This document shows positions 10,001 through 18,338 of a stretch of 64,000 nucleotides of DNA, piece by piece (the first letter of the stretch is position 1; every line of letters starts with the position of its first letter). Under the pieces are notes generated by a model that was given only the letters and a program-made list of their open reading frames with translations, did no database searches and was not told where the DNA came from. Source of the stretch: Firmicutes bacterium UBA5389 (GTDB taxonomy: Bacteria; Bacillota; DTU025); contig DHON01000122.1 in assembly GCA_002409965.1 (NCBI GenBank), forward strand, positions 19,867 through 83,866, read 5' to 3'. Both the position numbers and the translations under genes were made by a program.

Positions 10001-10645
10001 TCTTTCAACGGCCTGACCTTCAACCAGAACGCCTATGGCCAGTGGGTCAGCGTAAGCCTGGATTTCCTGGCAAGCCTGACCGCCCTTGAAGAGGAGGGCA
10101 AAGCCTCCCTGATAAGCCGTCAACATACGTTCACCGTGAGCGGCAGGACCGGCAAGATACTGATCGGCGACAGGATCCCTGTAATGATACAGGAGGTTCA
10201 GGACGGCGTTGCCGTTGCCAAGCTGGAGTTCATCAACGCCGGCATTGAACTTGCCATCACCCCTACCGTCAGTGAAGACGGGACGATCACGGCCGAGGTG
10301 AAGCCGGTGATAAGCTCCATCGTGGGATGGACCCCGCAGAATTACCCGCAGATCAGGACCAGGGAACTCGAAACTATGGTCTCGCTCAAGAGCGGGCAGA
10401 CGGCTGTCATCGGCGGCATGCTGCACCGCGATGAGATAGAGAGCCTGGCAAAGGTGCCGATCCTCGGGGAGATCCCGCTCCTTGGGGAGCTGTTCAAGAA
10501 GCGAAGCACGACTACCGAGAACACTGAGATTGTAGTGATGATCACCGCCTGGCAGGTGAACCCGGGTCAGTGCCCGGTCGCCGGCCCGGCGACGGACGAT
10601 GAGCGATTCCCGGTCAAGCTAGAGGGCGCGCCGACTCAGAAGTAG
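7007..10645 (+). CDS. pilQ: Type IV pilus secretin PilQ, 1212 aa, with an N0-like domain, 11 N-domain modules and a C-terminal secretin domain
   Basis: Signal peptide. The C-terminal part (PQVLIEARLEEL...GKILIGDRIPV...SGQTAVIGGML...VPILGEIPLLGELFKKRS) is a canonical secretin core. The N-terminal modules carry a DxRTNSL-type motif. Confidence 0.85.
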   Translation: MMKVERAGALACAAAVVICLALALAPGALAASPKVDLDLVGAEIADVFRALAELGEMNIVLDPAVQGRLTIRLHDLTCEEALKLVAYITGVEYRIVGTSLIVTPPGKPSALDPMQVERFSLTHARVDDVMPVLGLVADSTKLQADPRTNSVIGRGSAAGLEQVRHVISMLDVAVAPPEAVIPAAGEGVQGKQEAPAESLEVVRLSYASAKSVAGLLGLVVPTGKIQADSEINAIVMLADEAALNRAREIIAQVDIASAQAPLASASGGTRVSGQEAPAEAEAVKVIKLSWSPAERVSEALSVVVDGARIGVDSRTNSLVVRARQLEMSRVEEIAALLDVPVVEPEKPIEPESPKPQPRALESFCLTHADAQAVQAALALVVPAEAVHADARTNSLLVFGAPDEMARAREMIALIDAAAPAEDSPTAVEISAPEPVAPVADAAPARTVHAFRLAQADPAAVREALALVVSRDAVHVDSRTRTALVLGLPDEIARAAEIVALLDTAPAEAYLVAEPKLKPQPEPPADVIRVARLEHAVAAEARAAIASAIPGVGLTADARTNSVIVVGPAELQSRVDQLIAALDVGVDQPEPPVAQMQPAPTVFGPEPETAEVVRLEYAAPAAVRQALAPSLPESKMSVDERTASIVIVGTAAQREQAKRIIARLDVEVSSSADEITAPVAPADPEVLQVFRLSHAQAARVREALAPVVPVDCMTVDERTNSLIMSASRSRVARAGEVIERLDVEVKPVPGQPDEPPEEPEAEVASYRPANAPAESLRPAVGLLVALSDIQVDSRTNTLLVRAAPSVQQRVAELVRGLDVPVVPAPQPELGPAPEAPPPEVMRVFRLTHAAASDMKALLGIAAPAAKMQPDDRTRSLIVMAPAATLAVLDEMVRTLDIPAVPSVQASAQSEPEPDPVATRVYRLNHAVPGDVAKALEGLVKGAVKADSRTSSLVVEAAESQHARALSLIEALDRELPQVLIEARLEELSGDAGQRLGLDWSFNGLTFNQNAYGQWVSVSLDFLASLTALEEEGKASLISRQHTFTVSGRTGKILIGDRIPVMIQEVQDGVAVAKLEFINAGIELAITPTVSEDGTITAEVKPVISSIVGWTPQNYPQIRTRELETMVSLKSGQTAVIGGMLHRDEIESLAKVPILGEIPLLGELFKKRSTTTENTEIVVMITAWQVNPGQCPVAGPATDDERFPVKLEGAPTQK
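7352..9935 (+). repeat. Eleven tandem secretin N-domain modules inside pilQ, separated by Pro/Glu/Ala-rich linkers (protein-level repeat)
   Basis: The motif (V/L)xxxRLxHAxxxxVxxALxxxVP...D(S/A/E)RTNSL(I/V)V...LD(V/I) occurs 11 times. Anchors are DPRTNSV, DSEINAI, DSRTNSL, DARTNSL, DSRTRTA, DARTNSV, DERTASI, DERTNSL, DSRTNTL, DDRTRSL and DSRTSSL. Confidence 0.75.
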
Positions 10646-10683
10646 CTCGCCTGCGGCTTCCGGTCTTGCGCGGGAAGGCATTC

Positions 10684-10717
10684 GGAGAACGGTCTTCGCT
10701 GAACGCGGCCGTTCTCC
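10684..10717 (+). terminator. Hairpin downstream of pilQ (candidate terminator)
   Basis: GGAGAACGG (10684-10692) pairs with CCGTTCTCC (10709-10717). The tail TCGCGTTTCGG is only weakly U-rich. Confidence 0.4.
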
Positions 10718-10793
10718 TCGCGTTTCGGCCCTTGCCAGTTCTTGCCCGGCTTTCGCGGGTTGTGGTAAAGTAGTCTGAGGGAGGAATGAGCGA

Positions 10794-11858
10794 GTGAGCA
10801 CAAAGCTCGGGAACCTACGTTCGCTTTTCGCCGATAACGGCATTGATGGACTCATGATTACAGGGCCCGAGAACCGCTACTACATGAGCGGGTTCACCGG
10901 GTCGGCTGCTACTTTGGTCATAAGCGCCGACAAGGCGGCGCTGATCACCGACTTTCGGTATGTGGAGCAGGCAACTGCACAGGCTCGGCAGTACCGCGTG
11001 CACATGCACAAAACTCCCATGACCGACACCTTGCGCGAGGTGGTCGGCGATATGGGCATAACCAAGCTAGGATTCGAGTCGGACCGGATTACCTTCTCAT
11101 TATTCGATACCATTGCGAAGGCTCTGGAAGGCGTGGCGATGGCGCCGGTCAAAGGCCTTGTAGAATCGCTCAGGATGATCAAGAGCGAACACGAGATCGA
11201 ACTGATCGCGGACGCCGTCCGCATTACCGACGATGCTTTCGACTACGTTCTGGGCCTGATCAAGCCGGGCGTCACCGAAGCCGAGATCGCCAACGAGCTG
11301 ATCGCTTACATGATCAAGCACGACATGCGGCCCAGTTTCGACTTCATCGTCGCCTCGGGCGCGCGAGGCGCCATGCCCCATGGAGTGGCTTCCGACAAGG
11401 CTATAGAGCTCGGCGATCTGGTCACATTGGACATCGGCGGGTTCTACAAGCGCTACACGTCCGACATGACGCGCACGGTCGTGGTGGGCACGCCCAGCGA
11501 CGAGCAGAAGAGCATCTACGACCTGGTGCTCAGGGCGCAGCTTGCGGGGATTGAGGCGGCGCGGGCGGGCGCGACCGGCGCTGAAGTTGACAGGGCGTCG
11601 CGGGGAATGATAGAAGATGCGGGGCATGGCGATCATTTCGGCCACGGGCTGGGGCATTCGGTGGGGCTGGAGATACACGAGAGCCCCAGATTCTCTCCGA
11701 CCGATTCCAGCGTGATACAACCGGGAATGGTGCTCTCTGTCGAACCGGGCGTGTACGTGCCCGGCTGGGGCGGCGTGCGGATCGAGGACCTTGTCGTGAT
11801 AACTGATGGGGAGGCCAAAGTCCTGACTCGTTCACCTAAACACCTCATTCAACTGTAA
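10794..11858 (+). CDS. Xaa-Pro aminopeptidase/dipeptidase (peptidase M24B)
   Basis: 354 aa with a creatinase-like N-domain and an M24 pita-bread domain ([13 protein letters not shown], metal ligands). It sits directly upstream of efp, as yqhT does in Bacillus. Confidence 0.85.
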   Translation: MSTKLGNLRSLFADNGIDGLMITGPENRYYMSGFTGSAATLVISADKAALITDFRYVEQATAQARQYRVHMHKTPMTDTLREVVGDMGITKLGFESDRITFSLFDTIAKALEGVAMAPVKGLVESLRMIKSEHEIELIADAVRITDDAFDYVLGLIKPGVTEAEIANELIAYMIKHDMRPSFDFIVASGARGAMPHGVASDKAIELGDLVTLDIGGFYKRYTSDMTRTVVVGTPSDEQKSIYDLVLRAQLAGIEAARAGATGAEVDRASRGMIEDAGHGDHFGHGLGHSVGLEIHESPRFSPTDSSVIQPGMVLSVEPGVYVPGWGGVRIEDLVVITDGEAKVLTRSPKHLIQL

Positions 11859-11874
11859 ACCAGGGGGGTTCCAT

Positions 11875-12432
11875 ATGATTTCCACTAACGATTTCAGGAC
11901 CGGGCAGACCATCGAGTGGGAAGGCGGCGTATGGATGGTCGTCGACTTCCAGCACGTCAAACCGGGCAAAGGCGCCGCGTTTGTCAGGACGAAGCTGAAG
12001 AACATTATCACCGGGAATGTCAACGAAACGACGTTCAGGGCGGGGGAGAAGCTTCCCAAGGCCCAGATCGAGTACAGGGATATGCAGTATCTCTACGAGT
12101 CGGGCGGCGATTACATGTTCATGGACCAGGCATCGTTTGAGCAAGTCTCTCTCTCAGCGGAGCTGCTCGGCGACGGCCTGAAATACCTCAAGGAGAACAT
12201 GGTAATCGGCGTCCAGTTTTACAGCGGCGCGCCCATCGGCGTCGAACTGCCCAACTTTGTCGAGCTGGTGATCGTTGAGACGGACCCGGGGCTCCGCGGC
12301 GATACCGCGTCCGGCGGCACTAAACCTGCCAAGCTCGAGACCGGCGCCATCGTGCAAGTGCCCCTGTTCGTGCAGCAAGGCGAGAAAATCAGAGTCGACA
12401 CACGCACCCACCAGTATCTCGAGCGCGTCTAG
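11875..12432 (+). CDS. efp: Translation elongation factor P
   Basis: 185 aa. The N-terminus [43 protein letters not shown] is near-canonical EF-P. Confidence 0.95.
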   Translation: MISTNDFRTGQTIEWEGGVWMVVDFQHVKPGKGAAFVRTKLKNIITGNVNETTFRAGEKLPKAQIEYRDMQYLYESGGDYMFMDQASFEQVSLSAELLGDGLKYLKENMVIGVQFYSGAPIGVELPNFVELVIVETDPGLRGDTASGGTKPAKLETGAIVQVPLFVQQGEKIRVDTRTHQYLERV

Positions 12433-12481
12433 GTCGGATATAGACCTGCCTACATAGCTCCCGATAGCTCCCGGAAGACAT

Positions 12482-12524
12482 GCGGGCCGCCGGCGCAAAG
12501 AAGAGCGCCGGCGGCCCGCTTCTG
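12482..12524 (+). terminator. Intrinsic terminator-like hairpin after efp
   Basis: Perfect 15-bp stem: GCGGGCCGCCGGCGC (12482-12496) pairs with GCGCCGGCGGCCCGC (12505-12519) around the loop AAAGAAGA, followed by TTCTG. Confidence 0.65.
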
Positions 12525-12533
12525 TCCGGCTTG

Positions 12534-12561
12534 GAATATTCCCGCCGCTGCCCCATATGAT
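12534..12561 (+). promoter_or_regulatory. Candidate sigma-E-type (mother-cell) promoter for the spoIIIA operon
   Basis: GAATATT (12534-12540) is followed after 13 nt by CATATGAT (12554-12561). This is compared with my recollection of the B. subtilis sigma-E consensus (xxATAxx - ~14 - CATACAxT). Confidence 0.35.
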
Positions 12562-12588
12562 TGAATAGCATGTCTAGGGGGGACAGCT

Positions 12589-13629
12589 TTGTCGGCCAAG
12601 GTCCGAGACCCGGTGCTGGACGAGATTTTCCCAGCTCTCCCCCCTCGGGTCCGCGAGGCTGTCCTGGCGCTGCCCAGCGCGGACAGGCAGAGTCTTCTGG
12701 AGATTCGCCTGCGTCGAGGGCGAGCGGCCATGGCGGTTACGGCAGAGGGGGACTTGTATCTTCGTTGCGCGGGACAACCTGTGATATGCACAGAGAATGA
12801 ATGGGAGGCGGCGTTACGACTCGTCACCCAGTCCTCGATCTACGCCCTTGAACGCGAGCTTGCAGCGGGTTTTGTGACACTGGCCGGCGGTCACCGGGTC
12901 GGGTTGGTGGGCCGAGCGGTGCTGGAAGGCGAGCGGGTGCGCGGTCAGTCCGAGCTGTCGAGCATGAACTACAGAATCGCGCGGCAGATGATAGGCATCG
13001 CGGACCGAGTGATGCCCTACGTGTTTTCTGCAGATGGGACGCGAGTTATGAATGTTCTGATTTTATCCGGTCCCGGGCTGGGCAAGACAACGCTGCTGCG
13101 GGACATCGCCCGACAGCTATCGACGGGGTCGGGCGCAGAGTCGAGCATGGGCGCAGCGCCGGCCGCGGCCTCGATGGCAGGGTTCAAGGTGGGAATCGTC
13201 GATGAGCGATCGGAGATAGCTGCGTGCAGTCAGGGGGTGCCCCAGAACGAGCTGGGGCCGCGCGCGGATGTGATCGATGGGTGCCCGAAGGCCGTGGGAA
13301 TCATGATCATGATCAGGACGATGTCGCCGGATGTTGTGATCACCGACGAGGTGGGGCGGGCCGACGATGCAGATGCGCTGGAAGAGGCGTCTCGGTGTGG
13401 GGTATCGGTGATAGCTACGGCTCATGCCCTGGACCCCGAAGACGCGATGCGACGACCGGCCATCCGGGACGCGCTGGCACGGGGCGCTTTCGACCGGGCG
13501 ATTGTGCTCGGGAGGTCGCTTGGCCTGGGCACGTGCGAGCGCATTGTGGACTTGCGGTCGGGACGGGATCTGGCGGCGAGGCCGTTTCGTCTCGCGAGCG
13601 GCGGCGAAACCGGGGGAGTACGGCGATGA
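12589..13629 (+). CDS. spoIIIAA: Stage III sporulation protein AA (AAA-type ATPase)
   Basis: LLEIRLRRGRAAMAV motif and Walker A GPGLGKTTLLRD. It is the first gene of an 8-gene spoIIIA-like array after efp. Confidence 0.85.
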   Translation: MSAKVRDPVLDEIFPALPPRVREAVLALPSADRQSLLEIRLRRGRAAMAVTAEGDLYLRCAGQPVICTENEWEAALRLVTQSSIYALERELAAGFVTLAGGHRVGLVGRAVLEGERVRGQSELSSMNYRIARQMIGIADRVMPYVFSADGTRVMNVLILSGPGLGKTTLLRDIARQLSTGSGAESSMGAAPAAASMAGFKVGIVDERSEIAACSQGVPQNELGPRADVIDGCPKAVGIMIMIRTMSPDVVITDEVGRADDADALEEASRCGVSVIATAHALDPEDAMRRPAIRDALARGAFDRAIVLGRSLGLGTCERIVDLRSGRDLAARPFRLASGGETGGVRR

Positions 13630-14150
13630 CTGTGGCTTTGAGACTGGCCGGAGCGGTATTGACTGTGGGGGCCAGCGGGCTTCTGGGGTTGATGGTGGCT
13701 GAGTCCTATCGCGCGCGCGAGCGCGAGCTTGCGGCGTGGATTACGGCGCTGACATCGCTTCAGACCGAGATATCCTTCGGCCATACCCGTCTGGGACAGG
13801 CGATGCGCCGAGCGGGTTCCGCCTCGGGGGGCACGCCCGCCCGGATCCTGGCGCGCGCCGCGGAGCTCTTGGAGCAGGGCGACTCGGGAGGGGCGGGCGA
13901 GTGTCTGGCGGCGGCGCTCGGGCTCGGCCGCGCCGAGCGGGGCCGACGGGACGAGGCAGACGCTCTGCTGGCGCTGGGGCAGCGTCTGGGTGCGTCGGAC
14001 GCCGCCGACCAGGCCAGGCACATCGGCCTTGCCGTCGGGCGACTGGAGGGCTGCAGGGCCAGGGCGGCGGACGCTGCATCGCGAGACTGCCGGGTCTGGT
14101 CGTCAATCGGCTTCTTGCTGGGCGGGATGATCACGATAGCGCTTCTCTAA
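13626..14150 (+). CDS. spoIIIAB: Stage III sporulation protein AB
   Basis: 174 aa with an N-terminal TM helix and a helical body. ATG 13626 overlaps the spoIIIAA stop. The longer ORF 13224-14150 is out-of-frame read-through of spoIIIAA. Confidence 0.75.
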   Translation: MTVALRLAGAVLTVGASGLLGLMVAESYRARERELAAWITALTSLQTEISFGHTRLGQAMRRAGSASGGTPARILARAAELLEQGDSGGAGECLAAALGLGRAERGRRDEADALLALGQRLGASDAADQARHIGLAVGRLEGCRARAADAASRDCRVWSSIGFLLGGMITIALL

Positions 14151-14164
14151 AGGAGGGCCTGGCA

Positions 14165-14362
14165 GTGGGGCTGGATCTGGTGCTCAGGATTGCGGGAGTA
14201 GGAATACTTGTGTCGGTCCTGTGCGCTATCCTCAAGCAGCAGGGCAAGGAGGAGTATTCGCTTCTCGTCGCTACCGCCGGGCTCGTTGTGGTCTTCCTCA
14301 TGCTTGTGCAGCACATTGGCGAGTTGCTTTCCAGTGTGCGCACGGTCTTTCAACTGTGGTGA
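14165..14362 (+). CDS. spoIIIAC: Stage III sporulation protein AC
   Basis: 65 aa, two TM helices (LRIAGVGILVSVLCAILKQQGKEEY...). AAAGGAGGG lies upstream of GTG 14165. Confidence 0.8.
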   Translation: MGLDLVLRIAGVGILVSVLCAILKQQGKEEYSLLVATAGLVVVFLMLVQHIGELLSSVRTVFQLW

Positions 14363-14382
14363 CTGTGGTGAGGGGAGTTGCC

Positions 14383-14772
14383 ATGCTTATCGCGCAGGTA
14401 ATCGGGGTGGCGCTTCTCGGGTGCGCGCTGCTGGCGATGCTCAGGGGCGTAAGGTCGGACATGGCTGTGGCTCTCTCGGCGGCGCTTGGAGTGGTCCTGT
14501 TCGTGCTGGTGGTGTCGCGCCTGGCGGACTTCGTCGCAGCGCTTACAGGCATGGCATCGGCGGCGGGAGTGAACCGTCTCTACCTGGACACCGTGCTCCG
14601 GGCGGTCGGTGTGGCGTATCTTGCGTCCTTCGGCGCGCAGGTGTGCCGGGACGCGGGCGAGGGGGCGCTGGCCGTCAAGGTCGAACTGGTGGGGAAGGTG
14701 TTGATCCTGTGCATGGCTGCGCCTCTGATGTTCGCTCTGCTCGAAACGGTGCTTCGGGTGTTGCCGCAATGA
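14383..14772 (+). CDS. spoIIIAD: Stage III sporulation protein AD
   Basis: 129 aa, four TM helices. Conserved order after spoIIIAC. Confidence 0.8.
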   Translation: MLIAQVIGVALLGCALLAMLRGVRSDMAVALSAALGVVLFVLVVSRLADFVAALTGMASAAGVNRLYLDTVLRAVGVAYLASFGAQVCRDAGEGALAVKVELVGKVLILCMAAPLMFALLETVLRVLPQ

Positions 14773-15977
14773 GACGGGCAACGGTCTTGGCGCGGGGCGC
14801 TCTGCTGTGGGCAACTCTGACGGTTCTGGTTCTGGCGGGTGCGACCGCTGCGACATCGTCGGAGGACGAAGCGGTTTTGGCTGCAGAAACGCTGGAAGAC
14901 GCCGCCGTGGAACACCTCTCGCAGCTTGATACGGACGGAATAGAGCGGTTCTTGCGCGGGGTGGACGATGACGTGGCTCAGCGGCTGCCGGAATTTGACA
15001 TTAGGCGCATCATGTCAACACACGGCTCGAACCTGCTTGACCTGCCGCGGCTTGGACGCGAACTAGCCGGCGTTTTTATCCGCGAAGTCCAGCTCAACCT
15101 CAGGCTCCTCGGTGAGCTGGTGGTGGTGGCGGTGGTCTGCACCATGCTGTGCCTGCTGGGCGCGGGATTTGGGGAGGAGGGCCCGGCTGCCGTGGCGTGG
15201 GCGGCCTGCTACATGGTGATGGTGGTGTTGGGAGTTAGGTCTTTCTCCGTGTCAGCTGAGATCGCCACGCGCGCAGTGGACCAGATGACGTCTTTCATGT
15301 ACGCTGTCATACCTGCGCTCATTGGGACGCTGGCGGCGTCGGGGGGAGTGGCGACAGCCGCGGTGGTCTCGCCGTTCATGCTGGGGGCTACAGCGGCTGT
15401 GGGGACTCTGGTGAAGACGACGATCATACCCCTTCTGTTGATGGCGGTCACTCTGAGCCTGGTGGGGGAGATAAGTCGGCGCAAGCAGCTGTCGCGCCTG
15501 GCTGGGCTGCTGAAGTGGGCGGGGATGACCCTGCTGGGACTGGCGACTACGGTCTTCGTGGCGTTCACCGGCGTGCGGGGCGGGTTGGCCAGCATTTCAG
15601 ACGGAGCCGCGGCAAAGGCGGTCAAGTTCCTGTCGGGCAGCATGGTGCCTGTTGTCGGCAAGGTGTTCGGCGATGCGCTGGACCTGGTGGCCGCGTCTTC
15701 GCTGCTGGTGAGGGGTGCAGTGGGGGCGTTTGGCCTGGTGACGCTGGCCGTTGTATGCCTCTTTCCGGTGATGAAGATGACGGCCATCATGCTGATGTTT
15801 CGAATCGCGGCTGCAGTCACGCAGCCTCTGGGCGATAGCCGCGTGTCCGACTGCCTGAGCGAGCTGGGCGACGCGCTGTCGTCGCTGTGTGTGTGTGTGG
15901 CAACTGTGGGACTGATGTTCTTTATCGGGGTGTCAATCGTCGTTGGACTGGGCGGTGTGGTTGTGGCGGTGAGATAA
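14769..15977 (+). CDS. spoIIIAE: Stage III sporulation protein AE
   Basis: 402 aa with a signal peptide, a soluble N-domain and a polytopic membrane domain. ATG 14769 overlaps the spoIIIAD stop. Confidence 0.85.
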   Translation: MRRATVLARGALLWATLTVLVLAGATAATSSEDEAVLAAETLEDAAVEHLSQLDTDGIERFLRGVDDDVAQRLPEFDIRRIMSTHGSNLLDLPRLGRELAGVFIREVQLNLRLLGELVVVAVVCTMLCLLGAGFGEEGPAAVAWAACYMVMVVLGVRSFSVSAEIATRAVDQMTSFMYAVIPALIGTLAASGGVATAAVVSPFMLGATAAVGTLVKTTIIPLLLMAVTLSLVGEISRRKQLSRLAGLLKWAGMTLLGLATTVFVAFTGVRGGLASISDGAAAKAVKFLSGSMVPVVGKVFGDALDLVAASSLLVRGAVGAFGLVTLAVVCLFPVMKMTAIMLMFRIAAAVTQPLGDSRVSDCLSELGDALSSLCVCVATVGLMFFIGVSIVVGLGGVVVAVR

Positions 15978-15990
15978 GGAGGCGCCTGGC

Positions 15991-16545
15991 GTGGTGGACG
16001 GCGTGTTCCGGTGGGTGCGCGGCATAGTCGCGGTGGTGCTCACGATGACGTTCATGGAGATGGTTGTGCCGCGCTCAGAACTGAAGAAATACGTTGATGT
16101 GGTGGTGGGCTTGGCGGTGATTGGGGCCATCCTTACCCCCCTACTCGGCCTGGGCGTGGGCATCGGAACCGGGCTGGAGCTTGCTGCCGAGGCGACTCGC
16201 AGTTGGCCGGCATCCTGGAGGACGGCGGCGCAAACCGGAGCGCCGCCAGGGCTGGACGCAGAAATCGCCTCATCCGTTGCGTCTCGCGCGCTGGAAGCCC
16301 GCGTGCGGAAGGCCCTCAGTTCGTCCTACGGAAGGCTTGCAGACGGCTGGACCGTCAGAGTGCGCGTTACAGACGGCGGCGAGCTGGAGGCGGCGGAGGT
16401 GGATACGGGCCTGCGCGCGCCGTCAGGTGGGTCTGGCTCGCAGGGTCCGGAGGGCTCTCTGCCTGTCGCCGTGGACCGGACGGCTGTGACGCGGACGGTT
16501 GCTTTGGCGCTGGAATCGCCGCTTCAGTTGGTGACAGTGAGGTGA
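15991..16545 (+). CDS. spoIIIAF: Stage III sporulation protein AF
   Basis: N-terminus WVRGIVAVVLTMTFMEMVVPRSELKKYV with two TM helices. AAGGAGG lies 8 nt upstream. Confidence 0.75.
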   Translation: MVDGVFRWVRGIVAVVLTMTFMEMVVPRSELKKYVDVVVGLAVIGAILTPLLGLGVGIGTGLELAAEATRSWPASWRTAAQTGAPPGLDAEIASSVASRALEARVRKALSSSYGRLADGWTVRVRVTDGGELEAAEVDTGLRAPSGGSGSQGPEGSLPVAVDRTAVTRTVALALESPLQLVTVR

Positions 16546-16553
16546 CGGGCGGC

Positions 16554-17159
16554 ATGGGGCGGGATTTTCTGAATACCCCGGGGGTCAAGCCCCTTTTGGT
16601 GTTGGCGGCCGTGGGCGTGATGCTGATCATCATAGGCAGCCTGCTGCGGACGGGGACTTCCCGCGAGTCGCGGCAAACGCCCCTGCCGGATGGGGCGAGT
16701 GTCTCGAGCAAGCAGCCTGGATCGGGGGATACGGAAGGCGGTGCCGCGCTGGAGAGGTATAGGTCTGACTTGGAGTCGATGTGCGAGGAGATTCTGTCGA
16801 AGGTGGAGGGCGCGGGGGCGGTGAGCGTCCGGATCACTCTGGTCGGGAGTTCGTCCAGGGAGTATGCCCAAAACTCAGTGGTGGAGGAGAGCAACAGCGA
16901 GGAGCAGGCATCGGGGCAGACCAAACGTTCTTCGGAGCGGCGCCAGACGCGCGAGATGGTGCTTCTGACCGATCCGTCTTCTGGGCGCGGGCAGGTGCCG
17001 ATACTCCTTGCGGAGCAGGCGCCTCGAATAGCCGGAGTGCTGGTGGCAGCGCCCGGCGCCGAGGATTCGGCGATCAAGCGCGAACTGGCTGCAGCGGCCC
17101 AGACGCTGCTGGGCGTGCCGGCCCACCGGGTGATGGTGGTGGCCTCGTGCAAGCCGTGA
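16554..17159 (+). CDS. spoIIIAG: Stage III sporulation protein AG (ring-forming, EscJ/PrgK-like)
   Basis: An N-terminal TM helix, then VSVRITL...REMVLL...PRIAGVLVAAPGAEDSAIKRELAAAAQTLLGVPAHRVMV, which is typical of SpoIIIAG. Confidence 0.8.
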   Translation: MGRDFLNTPGVKPLLVLAAVGVMLIIIGSLLRTGTSRESRQTPLPDGASVSSKQPGSGDTEGGAALERYRSDLESMCEEILSKVEGAGAVSVRITLVGSSSREYAQNSVVEESNSEEQASGQTKRSSERRQTREMVLLTDPSSGRGQVPILLAEQAPRIAGVLVAAPGAEDSAIKRELAAAAQTLLGVPAHRVMVVASCKP

Positions 17160-17202
17160 CGGAACGCGCCAGAACTCACGACAAGTCCGAGGAGTGATCG
17201 GC

Positions 17203-17805
17203 GTGAAGGGCGACAGATGGTTTCTGCAGCTGTCTTATGCCATGGTTGGCCTGGCCGTGCTGGCCCTGGCCATCTCGTCGGCGGCGGACTCGCGACGAGG
17301 GCGGAGAGCATCGGCGTCCGTGCCCGCGCCGGCACCCACGTCGATACCTCAGCCGGCATCTGTACCGACAGAGCGGACAGAAGAAGGCGCGGGTTCGGGC
17401 TTGCCCATAGTGTCGGAATCCGCGTCTGCGCCCGTGCCCGTTGCTCTGCCCCGGTCGAGCTTCTTCGAAGAGTTCAGACTGGAGCGTGAGAGGGAGCGGG
17501 CGATCGAAATCGAGATCATCCAGGAAGTCGCGGAGGACCCCGATACTGATTCCGAGGTGAGACGCCAGGCGCAGGCCGCCTTGCTGGCCGCGGTGAGCAG
17601 GGCGCGCCGCGAGTTCGATGCCGAGAGCATGATACTGGCGAGGGGGTATGCGGATGCCATTGTGTCGTTGACTGACGAGGGTGCAAGCGTGGTGGTGAAG
17701 TCGGGAAGACTTGAAGAGGCGGATGCACGGGCGATAGGCGATATCGTGGGGCGCGCCGCAGGCATCGGCCTGAGCAGAATCACGATTGCCCAGAGAGAGG
17801 ACTGA
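17203..17805 (+). CDS. spoIIIAH: Stage III sporulation protein AH
   Basis: TM anchor, FFEEFRLERERERA motif and a C-terminal YscJ-like domain (AIVSLTDEGASVVVKS). GAGGAG lies 8 nt upstream of GTG 17203. Confidence 0.8.
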   Translation: MKGDRWFLQLSYAMVGLAVLALAISSAADSRRGRRASASVPAPAPTSIPQPASVPTERTEEGAGSGLPIVSESASAPVPVALPRSSFFEEFRLERERERAIEIEIIQEVAEDPDTDSEVRRQAQAALLAAVSRARREFDAESMILARGYADAIVSLTDEGASVVVKSGRLEEADARAIGDIVGRAAGIGLSRITIAQRED

Positions 17806-17867
17806 AGGATAAACCGTGGGGCGCGGTGAATTGTTTAGAGACAGCGACGGCAGAATGCTGCCTCGTC

Positions 17868-17876
17868 TGCTATAAT
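17868..17876 (+). promoter_or_regulatory. Extended -10 element TGcTATAAT upstream of asp23
   Basis: TGCTATAAT at 17868-17876. No good -35 element was seen. Confidence 0.35.
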
Positions 17877-17927
17877 TCTATTGCGGTCGCCAGTGATTCT
17901 TCCTGGCGGACGCCGGGGGGTGCAGAG

Positions 17928-18311
17928 ATGGAACTTGAGGAGAGGCCTGAACTCGGATCGGTCAAGATCGCCAACGAGGTTGTGGCGGTCATCGCCGGCC
18001 TGGCTGCGTCGGAGGTGGAAGGCATCGCCGGGATGTCCGGCGGCATTACCGAAGGCTGGAGCGAGCTGTGGGGCAAGAAGAACCTGGCTCGCGGGGTCAA
18101 GGTTGAGGTCGGCGAGAAGGAGGCTGCGGTCGACCTCAATGTGGTCGTGAAATACGGCGCGGTGATCCCCGAGGTGTGCGCAGGCGTGCAGCAGAATGTG
18201 AAGCGCGCCATTGAGATCATGACAGGGCTAGATGTAGTCGAAGTCAACGTTCATGTCACGAACGTTTTGGTCGATGAGAAGGAACCGCCTACAGAGGCGC
18301 GCGTGCGCTAG
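17928..18311 (+). CDS. Asp23/Gls24 family envelope-stress (alkaline shock) protein
   Basis: 127 aa. The sequence KIANEVVAVIAGLAASEVEGIAGM...VKVEVGEKEAAVDLNVVVKYG is typical of Asp23. Confidence 0.85.
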   Translation: MELEERPELGSVKIANEVVAVIAGLAASEVEGIAGMSGGITEGWSELWGKKNLARGVKVEVGEKEAAVDLNVVVKYGAVIPEVCAGVQQNVKRAIEIMTGLDVVEVNVHVTNVLVDEKEPPTEARVR

Positions 18312-18338
18312 TCTGCGCTGTGCGTCCGCACTGCGGAG

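Noticed and set aside
13224-14150. N-terminally extended ORF versions in the track: 13224-14150, 13736-14362, 14208-15977, 14221-14772, 16203-17159, 19306-20649, 44019-45725, 50069-51205 and 61410-63098.
   Set aside because: The upstream portions are out-of-frame read-through across the preceding gene and have junk-like composition. Internal start codons with RBSs give proteins of the expected family length, so the calls were trimmed.
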